DNA from: Rubrivivax sp.
GTDB lineage: Bacteria > Pseudomonadota > Gammaproteobacteria > Burkholderiales > Burkholderiaceae_C
DNA: 64,000 nucleotides
Direction of reading: 5' to 3'
Assembly (NCBI GenBank): GCA_049274755.1
Contig: JBASTF010000206.1
Coordinates: 22,682 to 86,681, forward strand
The translations under genes and the position numbers were made by a program. This document shows, piece after piece, positions 27,521 to 35,054 of the stretch. Below the pieces are notes generated by a model. The model was not told the origin of the DNA. It worked only from the letters and a program-made list of their open reading frames with translations, and made no database searches. Within the stretch, counting starts at the first letter, position 1. Each line of letters starts with the position of its first letter.

Positions 27521-28912
27521 TCAACAGGGATAGGGCGCGTTGCGGCGGCCATAAGCCCACCAGGTCAACGCGATGCAGGAGAGGTAGAACACGGCGAACA
27601 TCGCCATCGCCGCCGACGCGCTGCCGGTCATCGCCAGCGAAGAGCCCACGCTCTTGGGGATGAAGAAGCCGCCATAGGCGCCGATGGCGCTGGCAAAGCC
27701 GAGCGCGGCCGCCGCCTCGACGGCACCTTCCTTGGCGGCCAGGGCCTGGGCCGAGGGCAGGCAGTCGGCTTTGCGCAGCCGCTCGGCCACGAAGAGGCAG
27801 GAGATCATTCGGAACGTGCTGCCGTTGCCAATGCCCGATGCGGCGAACAGCACACCGAAGGCCGCGAGGAAGCCAAGGAGGTGACCGCCCCGCCCCGCTG
27901 CGCCTGCGGAGGAGCCCGACGGCAGGCACCACAGCGCCGCCAGCGCGGCCAGCGCCATGGCGACGAAGATCCAGAAGGTCACCCGTGCACCACCCCAGTG
28001 GTCGGCCATCCAGCCCCCCAGCGGGCGCAACACGGCACCGATCAGCGGGCCCAGCCACACCAGGTGCAGCGCATCGGCCTGCTGGAACTGGCTTTGCACC
28101 AGCATCGGCAAGCTGGCGGCATAACCGATGAAGCTGCCGAAAGTGCCCAGGTACAGCCAGCACATCAACCAGTTGTGCTTGCGCGTGAAGATCACCGCCT
28201 GCTCGGCCAGGCCGGCGTGCGTGTCGGGCAGGTCGTCCATGCCGTACCAGGCTGCGGCCGTGCTGGCCAGGATCAGCGGCACCCAGATGAAGCCGGCGTT
28301 CTGCAGCCACATCGCTCCTTCGGCCGTCTGTTGGGCGGCACCGCCGAACACGCCGAAGACCCCGGCGCTGATGGCCAGAGGCACCAGCAGCTGCGCCAAG
28401 GCCACGCCCAGATGCCCCAAGCCGGCGTTCAGGCCCAGCGCGGTGCCGCGGCGCGCGGACGGGAAGAAGAAGCTGATGTGGGCCATCGAGCTGGCAAAGT
28501 TGCCGCCGCCCAGGCCGCACAGCAGCGCCAGCACCACCATCCACTCGAACGGCGTGTTCGGGTCCTGCACCGCCAGGCCCAGGCCGACAGCGGGCAGCAG
28601 CAGGCTGGCCGTGGCCAGCGTGGTGAAGCGGCGGCCACCAATGAGGGGCACCGCAAACGCGTAGAAGATGCGTAGCGTGGCACCGCACAGGGCCGGCAGC
28701 GCCGTCAACCAGAACAGCTGGTTGGTGCTGTAGCGGAAGCCCACGGCGGGCAGGTGCACCACCACCACCGACCACAGCATCCACACCGCAAACGCCAGCG
28801 CCAGGGCGGGGATGGACACCCACAGGTTGCGCTGGGCCACGGCACGGCCTGCACGGTCCCAGAACCCGCGGTCCTCGGGGTTCCAAGCTTGCGGCGTCGT
28901 CATGGTGTTCAT
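27521..28912 (-). CDS. narK: MFS nitrate/nitrite transporter NarK (copy 3, nearest narG)
   Basis: 463 aa. 'NLWVSIPALALAFAVWMLWS' and 'GGGNFASSMAHISFFFPSARRGTALGLNAGLGHLG' form the NNP signature. Confidence 0.9.
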   Translation of the reverse strand: MNTMTTPQAWNPEDRGFWDRAGRAVAQRNLWVSIPALALAFAVWMLWSVVVVHLPAVGFRYSTNQLFWLTALPALCGATLRIFYAFAVPLIGGRRFTTLATASLLLPAVGLGLAVQDPNTPFEWMVVLALLCGLGGGNFASSMAHISFFFPSARRGTALGLNAGLGHLGVALAQLLVPLAISAGVFGVFGGAAQQTAEGAMWLQNAGFIWVPLILASTAAAWYGMDDLPDTHAGLAEQAVIFTRKHNWLMCWLYLGTFGSFIGYAASLPMLVQSQFQQADALHLVWLGPLIGAVLRPLGGWMADHWGGARVTFWIFVAMALAALAALWCLPSGSSAGAAGRGGHLLGFLAAFGVLFAASGIGNGSTFRMISCLFVAERLRKADCLPSAQALAAKEGAVEAAAALGFASAIGAYGGFFIPKSVGSSLAMTGSASAAMAMFAVFYLSCIALTWWAYGRRNAPYPC

Positions 28913-28954
28913 GGCGCAGACGGCGTGGGAGATCGGTGGTGGTGTTGGCTGAAC

Positions 28955-30589
28955 TCAGGGGTTCTTCACGTACGCATTGGCACGCAGGTAGAACCACCAG
29001 TTCAGCACCAGGCAGACGGCGTAGAAGATGGCGAAGCCGTACATCGCGTACTGCGGCGTTCCCGCCTTGATCTGCGCGCCGATGACCACCGGCGCGATGA
29101 AGGCACCGTAAGCGGCGATGGCCGATGTCCAGCCCAGCACCGGGCCAGCCTGGGTGCGGTCGAAGATGACGCCGATGGTGCGGAAGGTGCTGCCGTTGCC
29201 GATGCCGCTGGCCAGGAACAGCAGCATGAACAGGCCCAGGAACAGCGGGAAGTACTGCTCCGGCGTGGCCGAGGCGTAGGCCTGCATCATCACGTAGCCC
29301 ACCGCCACCGAGGCGCCGGCCATCACCACCGAGATGATCTGCGTGACGATGGAGCCGCCCACCTTGTCGGAGATCCAGCCACCCACCGGGCGGATGGCCG
29401 CACCGATGAAGGGACCCATCCAGGCGTAGGTCAGCGCAGAAGGCGCGTTCGGGTTCTTCAGCACGTGCTGCATCACGCCGTTGGCATCGGGCACGTGCAG
29501 GAAGCCGAAGATCACCGTGATGGCCAGCGGCAGCGCCATCGAAAAGCCGATGAACGAGCCGAAGGTGACGATGTACAGCGCCGTCAGCGACCAGGTGTGC
29601 TTGTTGCCGAAGATGGCGAACTGCTTCTTCACGCCTTCCTTCATTTCACCGAAGGCGGCCAGCTTCATCACCATCAGCGCCAGGATCACGTCCAGCGGAA
29701 TGGCCACCCACATGCTCAGCACACCCAGACCCGTGGGCTTGGGCAGGTACAGCCACAGCATGAAGATCGCAGGCACGAAGGCCAGCGTGTACAGGTAGGT
29801 GATCTTGGCGAAGGCGGTGAGCGGGGAACCTGTGGCGGGCGACACCGTCTTCAGGTTGTTCATGCCCCACCAGCACAGCACGCTCAGCGGCACCAGCGAC
29901 AGCACCCAGGCGAAGCCCGCGTTCTGCACCCAGGTGGGCGTGCCGGCGGCGATCTTTCCGAAGATCCAGCCGCTGTCCTTGACCAGCACCATGGGCTCAC
30001 CACCGAACGCACCGAAGATGCCGACGGTCATCACCAGCGGGATGACGATCTGCATCGTCGTCACGCCGAAGTTGCCCAGGCCGGCGTTCAGGCCCAGTGC
30101 CGTGCCCTGCAGCCGCTTCGGGAAAAAGGTGCTGATGTTGGACATCGAGCTGGCGAAGTTGCCGCCGCCCACGCCCGACCACAGCGCCATCAACTGGAAG
30201 GCCCACAGCGGCCAGTCCTTGTGCTGCAGCACGATGCCGGTGCCGATGGCCGGGGCCAGCAACATGGCCGTCGTCAGGAAGATGGTGTTGCGTCCGCCGG
30301 CCAGGCGGATGAGGAACGAGGCCGGGATGCGCATCGTGGCACCCGAGATGCCGGCGATGGCCGTCAATGTGAATAGCTCGGCCTGGGTGAACGGGAACCC
30401 CAGGTTGAGCATCTGAACGGTGATGATTCCCCACATGCCCCAGACCGCGAAGCCGCACAGCAGCGCGGGCACCGAGATCCAGAGGTTGCGGTAGGCGACC
30501 TTCTTGCCGGTGGCATTCCAGAAGGTCTCGTCTTCGGGGCGCCAATCGGCGATGTCGGCGCCCTGGGTTTGGGAGGTCTTGGTGTTCAT
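28955..30589 (-). CDS. narK: MFS nitrate/nitrite transporter NarK (copy 2, long form)
   Basis: Start 'MNTKTSQTQGADIADWRPEDETFW' (ATG 30589) lies within ORF 28955..32005. 'GGGNFASSMSNISTFFPKRLQGTALGLNAGLGNFG' is present. At 544 aa it is longer than its neighbours. Confidence 0.9.
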   Translation of the reverse strand: MNTKTSQTQGADIADWRPEDETFWNATGKKVAYRNLWISVPALLCGFAVWGMWGIITVQMLNLGFPFTQAELFTLTAIAGISGATMRIPASFLIRLAGGRNTIFLTTAMLLAPAIGTGIVLQHKDWPLWAFQLMALWSGVGGGNFASSMSNISTFFPKRLQGTALGLNAGLGNFGVTTMQIVIPLVMTVGIFGAFGGEPMVLVKDSGWIFGKIAAGTPTWVQNAGFAWVLSLVPLSVLCWWGMNNLKTVSPATGSPLTAFAKITYLYTLAFVPAIFMLWLYLPKPTGLGVLSMWVAIPLDVILALMVMKLAAFGEMKEGVKKQFAIFGNKHTWSLTALYIVTFGSFIGFSMALPLAITVIFGFLHVPDANGVMQHVLKNPNAPSALTYAWMGPFIGAAIRPVGGWISDKVGGSIVTQIISVVMAGASVAVGYVMMQAYASATPEQYFPLFLGLFMLLFLASGIGNGSTFRTIGVIFDRTQAGPVLGWTSAIAAYGAFIAPVVIGAQIKAGTPQYAMYGFAIFYAVCLVLNWWFYLRANAYVKNP

Positions 30590-30609
30590 GGCGATGTTCC
30601 GGAGCAGGC

Positions 30610-31893
30610 TCAGCGCACCGCGCTGGCCGAAAGGGGAGAGGCCGGGGCGAGTGCGCCCATCAGTTCGGTCTTGCGCACCTCGGTCCAGTACATCCAGATC
30701 AGCGAGACCCAGACCACGCCGTACATCAACATGAAGGCGCTGGAGCGGATGCCGGTCAGGTCCATCAAGACGCCGAACATGATCGGCAGCACAAAGCCGC
30801 CCAGGCCGCCCGCCAGGCCCACGATGCCGCTGACGGTGCCGATGTTCCCGGGGTAGTCGTCGCCGATGTACTTGAAGACGCTGGCCTTGCCGAAGGCCCA
30901 GGCGATGCCCAGCACGAACATCAGCGCCGTGAAGACGTAGACGTTCAGGCCGATGTGGAAGGTGCGCGGTCCGTTGACCGTGAGCACGGTGAAATCGGTC
31001 TGCGGATAGCTCAGCAGGAACAGGCAGATCCAGCTGACCCACAGCACCCACCAGGTGACCTGGTGCGCGCCGAACTTGTCGGACAGCACGCCGCCCACCG
31101 CACGCAGCACGCCGCCCGGAAGGCTGAAGCAGGCGGCCAGCAGCGCGGCCGTCTGGATCGACAGGCCGAACTCGCCCACGTAGTACTGCACCATCCACAG
31201 CGCCAGCGCCACGTAGCCACCGAAGACGATGCTGTAGTACTGGCAGTACTTCAGCACCTTGGGGTCCTTCAGCATCTTCAGCTGGTCCGTGAACTTCACG
31301 TTCGAGGCGACCAGGTGCTTGGGGTCGCTGCTGCTGCCGAGCCAGAACAGGATGACCGTACCCAGCATCACCGCGGCGTACACCTGCGGCACCAGCGCCC
31401 AGCCGCCGATGGCCAGCAAGGCCGGCGCAGCGAACTTGTTGACGGCCGAGCCGGAATTGCCCGCGCCATACACACCCATCGCCATGCCCTGGCGGCTCTT
31501 CGGGAACCAGCGCGCCACGTACGGCGTGCCGACCGAGAACGACCCCCCGGCCAGACCCACGAAGAGGCCGATGACCAGGAAGTGCCAGTAGGCCGTGGCG
31601 TAACTCATCAGCCAGATGGCCGGCACGGTGGCCGCCATCAGAAGCGTCATCACGATGCGGCCGCCGTAGCGGTCGGTCCAGATGCCGAGCGGCACGCGGA
31701 TCAGGCTGCCGGTGAGCACTGGCGTGGCGGTGAGCAGGCCGAACTCGGTGGCGCTCAGGCCCAGCGTCTTCTTCAGCGGGATGCCGATGACGCCGAACAT
31801 CATCCACACCATGAAGCACACGGTGAAGGCGATGGTGCTCACGATGAGCACGGACCACGCCTGGCGTGGGATGGGGGTTGTCGGGGTGGCCAT
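30610..31893 (-). CDS. narK: MFS nitrate transporter, NarK1/NNP type (copy 1, operon-proximal)
   Basis: 427 aa. 'RVPLGIWTDRYGGRIV' and 'LAGGSFSVGTPYVARWFPKSRQGMAMGVYGAGNSG'. Confidence 0.9.
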   Translation of the reverse strand: MATPTTPIPRQAWSVLIVSTIAFTVCFMVWMMFGVIGIPLKKTLGLSATEFGLLTATPVLTGSLIRVPLGIWTDRYGGRIVMTLLMAATVPAIWLMSYATAYWHFLVIGLFVGLAGGSFSVGTPYVARWFPKSRQGMAMGVYGAGNSGSAVNKFAAPALLAIGGWALVPQVYAAVMLGTVILFWLGSSSDPKHLVASNVKFTDQLKMLKDPKVLKYCQYYSIVFGGYVALALWMVQYYVGEFGLSIQTAALLAACFSLPGGVLRAVGGVLSDKFGAHQVTWWVLWVSWICLFLLSYPQTDFTVLTVNGPRTFHIGLNVYVFTALMFVLGIAWAFGKASVFKYIGDDYPGNIGTVSGIVGLAGGLGGFVLPIMFGVLMDLTGIRSSAFMLMYGVVWVSLIWMYWTEVRKTELMGALAPASPLSASAVR

Positions 31894-32046
31894 GGAACAG
31901 ACTCGTCTTGGGTGTGACGAGACTGTCTGCCGGCAGCGCCACCGCGAACATCCGCACGGTGGCTATGCGGGGCGCGGCAGAAGAACGATGCGCGCCGTGG
32001 CGCACATAGTTCTGAAGAACTACGCCGGGGGGTTACGTCTCAGACG

Positions 32047-32060
32047 TTGATTTGGGTCAA
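32047..32060. promoter_or_regulatory. FNR/DNR-type box TTGATTTGGGTCAA
   Basis: 9/10 match to TTGAT-N4-ATCAA. It lies in the divergent region between narK1 (start 31893) and the hemerythrin gene (start 32118). Confidence 0.45.
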
Positions 32061-32117
32061 CGTGATTCGGCAGGGCCGCCGTCCAGACTGGCGCGGAATC
32101 GACCGTTACCACCCCAC

Positions 32118-32597
32118 ATGACCCGCGACCTGACCCAGCGTGCGACCGCGCTGATCGAGCACATCCAGACCCGGTTTCACGACGGCCACCGCCGGGCACT
32201 GCCGGAGTTGATGACGATGGCGACAGCCGTGGAAGCCCAGGGCATCGACAAAGGCTTGGTGGACGCCCTGCGCGCCATCGGCCACGAGCTGGAACAGCAC
32301 ATGTTCAAGGAAGAGATGCGCCTGTTCCCGATGATGGAACAGGGCGGCAACACCTTGATTGAGCGGCTGATCGAGGACCTGCACCGCGAGCACGTCGCGC
32401 ACGAGCAGGGCATGGACTGCTTTCAGGCCCGGGTCCGCGAATCGGCGCAGGCACACCGCGCCAATGCCACGCTGCAAGCACTTGCGCAAGCGGTCGAAGT
32501 CTTTGCGGATGAACTCATCAGCCACATCCACGCCGAGGACGATGAGCTCTTCCCCCTGTTCTGCGCTCCAGTGCCAACGGCTGGAACCGTACCCTGA
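32118..32597 (+). CDS. Hemerythrin-like di-iron protein (DnrN/NorA/RIC type)
   Basis: ATG 32118 in ORF 32052..32597. 'HDGHRRALPEL', 'HMFKEEMRLFPMM', 'LHREHVAHE' and 'HIHAEDDELFPLF'. Confidence 0.75.
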   Translation: MTRDLTQRATALIEHIQTRFHDGHRRALPELMTMATAVEAQGIDKGLVDALRAIGHELEQHMFKEEMRLFPMMEQGGNTLIERLIEDLHREHVAHEQGMDCFQARVRESAQAHRANATLQALAQAVEVFADELISHIHAEDDELFPLFCAPVPTAGTVP

Positions 32598-32625
32598 GCT
32601 TCAACACCTCCAAACCCGTTCGACC

Positions 32626-33120
32626 ATGACAAGCAACTTGCCCCCAGTCGCGAGCCACCCCACTGAGCCAAAAGCCCTCATCAGCCACATCCTCATGCGT
32701 TACCACGAGGTGCATCGCCGGCAACTCCCTGAGCTGATCCGCATGGCGGCCAAGGTCGAAGCCGTGCACGCCAGCCATGAGGCCGCTCCGACAGGTCTGG
32801 CCGCCTTGCTCACCTCCATGCACAGCGAGCTGCTGCAGCACATGGAGAAGGAGGAGTCCATCCTGTTCCCCATGCTGGAGCGCGGCGGCAACCCGCTTGT
32901 CGTTCATCCGATCGGGGTGATGCGCACGGAGCACGAAGAGCATGCCGAGCGGCTGCAACACCTGCTGGCGTTGACCCGGAACGCCACGCCGCCTGCGGAT
33001 GCTTGCACCACCTGGCAGCAGCTCTGCGCGGGCGTCAGGGAGTTTGTGGACGACCTGCAGCAGCACATTCGTTTGGAGAACGAGGTGCTGTTTCCGCAGT
33101 TCGAGGCGCAGCGCAGCTGA
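32626..33120 (+). CDS. Hemerythrin-like di-iron protein (second tandem DnrN/NorA/RIC-type paralogue)
   Basis: ATG 32626 in ORF 32464..33120. 'YHEVHRRQLPEL', 'HMEKEESILFPML', 'MRTEHEEHAE' and 'HIRLENEVLFPQF'. Confidence 0.75.
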   Translation: MTSNLPPVASHPTEPKALISHILMRYHEVHRRQLPELIRMAAKVEAVHASHEAAPTGLAALLTSMHSELLQHMEKEESILFPMLERGGNPLVVHPIGVMRTEHEEHAERLQHLLALTRNATPPADACTTWQQLCAGVREFVDDLQQHIRLENEVLFPQFEAQRS

Positions 33121-33129
33121 AGACGCCCC

Positions 33130-33393
33130 GTGTCCAAGAAGTTCCCGCTGAACCCGGCGCATCCGGAGCGCATCTGCTGGGGATGCGATCGGTACTGCCC
33201 TGTCGACGACATGGTCTGCGGCAATGGCAGTGTCGCGACACTCCATCCGGCCGATCTGTTCGGGAGTGACTGGGCAAACTGGTTGCCTGTCGGGGAGACG
33301 ATGGGCTTGAGCAGGCTGACTTCAGAGTCTTTGACTAGAAGTTCAGATCACTCTGACGAGCATGCGATCGATGGTTCAGGGCCATCTGCATAG
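33130..33393 (+). CDS. DUF3079-like small Cys-rich protein
   Basis: 'MSKKFPLNPAHPERICWGCDRYCPVDDMVCGNGS' matches the conserved N-terminus remembered for DUF3079. Confidence 0.65.
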   Translation: MSKKFPLNPAHPERICWGCDRYCPVDDMVCGNGSVATLHPADLFGSDWANWLPVGETMGLSRLTSESLTRSSDHSDEHAIDGSGPSA

Positions 33394-33412
33394 TGTGCAC
33401 ATGTCGTCTGCA

Positions 33413-34135
33413 TCAGGTTGCAGCAGGCCGCGCTCGAACCGACAGATGATTGAAGCCAGACGGATCCGTGGTCTCCTTGACCTCCAGGTAGGCCTGCTTG
33501 CGCACCAGTTCGCTCAGCTTGGTGAAGCCGTAGTTGCGCGGGTCAAACGACGTGTTGTTCTTGTTGATGAACGACCCCACGGCCGACAGCGACGCCCAGC
33601 CGCTGTCACGGGACGTTTCCGCGATGGCGTGGGTGAGCAGGCCCTTGAGGTCTGGCACATCCGACACCGATACAGGCGCAGCCGCTTCAGTTGGTCGCTT
33701 CAACACCTCCAGGAAGATGAACTTGTCGCAGGCCGCGATGAACGGCTCGGGCGTCTTGCGCTCGCCGAAGCCATAAACGGTCTTCCCCGCCTCGCGCATG
33801 CGCGTGGCCAGCCGGGTGAAGTCGCTGTCGCTGGAGACGAGGCAGAAGCCATCCAGGTTGCCGGCGTAGAGCAGGTCCATCGCGTCAATGATGAACGCCG
33901 AGTCGGTGGAGTTCTTGCCTTTGGTGTAGGCGAACTGCTGCATCGGCTGGATGGCGTGACGATGCAGATGCTCCTTCCAGCCAACGAGATTGGTGGTTGT
34001 CCAGTCACCGTACGCCCGCTTGACGGTGGCTGTGCCGTACTTGGCCACTTCCTCAAGTAGCTCCTTCACGACGCTGGCCGATGCGTTGTCCGCATCGATC
34101 AGCACGGCGAGCCGGGCGGTTTCGTTGTTGGCCAT
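33413..34135 (-). CDS. NYN (LabA-like) RNase domain + OST-HTH/LOTUS domain protein
   Basis: 'LAVLIDADNAS', 'VKRAYGDW', 'KNSTDSAFIIDAMDLLY' and 'FCLVSSDSDFTRLATRMREAGKTVYGFG'. The C-terminal 'GWASLSAVGSFINKNNTSFDPRNYGFTKLSELV' is OST-HTH. Confidence 0.85.
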   Translation of the reverse strand: MANNETARLAVLIDADNASASVVKELLEEVAKYGTATVKRAYGDWTTTNLVGWKEHLHRHAIQPMQQFAYTKGKNSTDSAFIIDAMDLLYAGNLDGFCLVSSDSDFTRLATRMREAGKTVYGFGERKTPEPFIAACDKFIFLEVLKRPTEAAAPVSVSDVPDLKGLLTHAIAETSRDSGWASLSAVGSFINKNNTSFDPRNYGFTKLSELVRKQAYLEVKETTDPSGFNHLSVRARPAAT

Positions 34136-34190
34136 TTATTCTCTCTCTTCTGTATTCTCGACTTCGGGCCCCAGGTTGAGGCAAGCTGCC

Positions 34191-34721
34191 TCAGCCGGCA
34201 GTGGCCCCGTTGAGTGCGGACCGAGCACCGTAGTCGTCAGCAGACAGCATGGCCGATGCCCGGTTCGCGATCTCCACCTTGGACAAGCCGCCAGCGTCCG
34301 CAGCTGTCAACCATAGCCGGCATGCGAGATCGAAGGCTCCACCGACGTACCCGCCATCGTCATCGACCCCCTCGAACACCACGCGGTCGAGTTCCAGGAA
34401 CTCTGCAAACATCGCCATCGCCTCGTCCGGGAAGCGGGGCAGCACTTCTCTCTGGACCTGCGCGACCCAGACGTCAAGTTCCCGTCCAAAGGCTGCAGCG
34501 TCCTGGCAGGCGACATATCGGTCATTGTTCTTCCATCGCTGCAGCTGCTGGTTGAACCGCGCGCTCAGGGCGGCAGGGTCGTCTTGAAGTTGCAGTCGTT
34601 CCAGTCGCTCGTAGACCGGCGCAAAGTCTTCGGCCAGCTCCAGCAGCACATGCGCCAGCGTCGGCGCGTCCTGATTCGCCAGGAAGCTGGCCATCTCTTC
34701 TTTCGCCCCGAGGGTGTCCAT
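34191..34721 (-). CDS. Hypothetical protein (176 aa)
   Basis: ORF 34191..34952 trimmed to 'MDTLGAKEEMASFLANQD' (ATG 34721). It is acidic and helical, with no motif recognised. Confidence 0.5.
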   Translation of the reverse strand: MDTLGAKEEMASFLANQDAPTLAHVLLELAEDFAPVYERLERLQLQDDPAALSARFNQQLQRWKNNDRYVACQDAAAFGRELDVWVAQVQREVLPRFPDEAMAMFAEFLELDRVVFEGVDDDGGYVGGAFDLACRLWLTAADAGGLSKVEIANRASAMLSADDYGARSALNGATAG

Positions 34722-34799
34722 CGGCACATTCTGCCGGCGCAACTTCAAGTGGTGACGCGCTGTTCCCGCAGAATGACCAGCAAAGCAGGAGTCATCGCG

Positions 34800-35054
34800 A
34801 TGCCCACCCCGATCCTGACGCGCAAGAAGACACCTCTTGACGGTGTACCTCCTGAAGTGTTCGCAGACCTCGCCGCCTTCTTCCGCCGCGTGGCTCCGCG
34901 CTGGGTGGACGAGAGCCGCAGCTTGAATCGGATGACGCTGCGACGCGCCCACCAGCGCGAGCTGGCGCGCGGCCGCCGGCGCGGCTATCGCCTCGTCACT
35001 GCGCCGGCCACTTCTGCCTCGTCAGGCCGCGTTGTCCGGCACCGCGGGCGCTGA
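34800..35054 (+). CDS. Possible small basic protein (low confidence)
   Basis: This is the tail of ORF 34584..35054 ('MPTPILTRKKTPLDGVPPEVFADLAAFFRRVAPRW...'). It lies in the gap between two minus-strand genes and overlaps the helicase 3' end by ~30 nt. No motif was recognised. Confidence 0.25.
   Translation: MPTPILTRKKTPLDGVPPEVFADLAAFFRRVAPRWVDESRSLNRMTLRRAHQRELARGRRRGYRLVTAPATSASSGRVVRHRGR

Noticed and set aside
24961-27663. 900-aa plus-strand ORF
   Set aside because: It lies antisense to an unambiguous narG. Its translation is a low-complexity R/A/G/V/H/L-rich product with no motif, a typical GC-driven shadow ORF.
27368-30376. 435-aa (27368..28675) and 540-aa (28754..30376) plus ORFs
   Set aside because: They are antisense to narK copies. 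Their His/Arg/Gln/Gly-rich translations carry no motifs.
28955-32005. 1016-aa ORF suggesting a fused double transporter
   Set aside because: Only the C-terminal 544 aa (from ATG 30589) look like NarK. The N-terminal part is an out-of-frame read-through across narK1 (30610..31893, different frame) and is Arg/Gly/His-rich nonsense.
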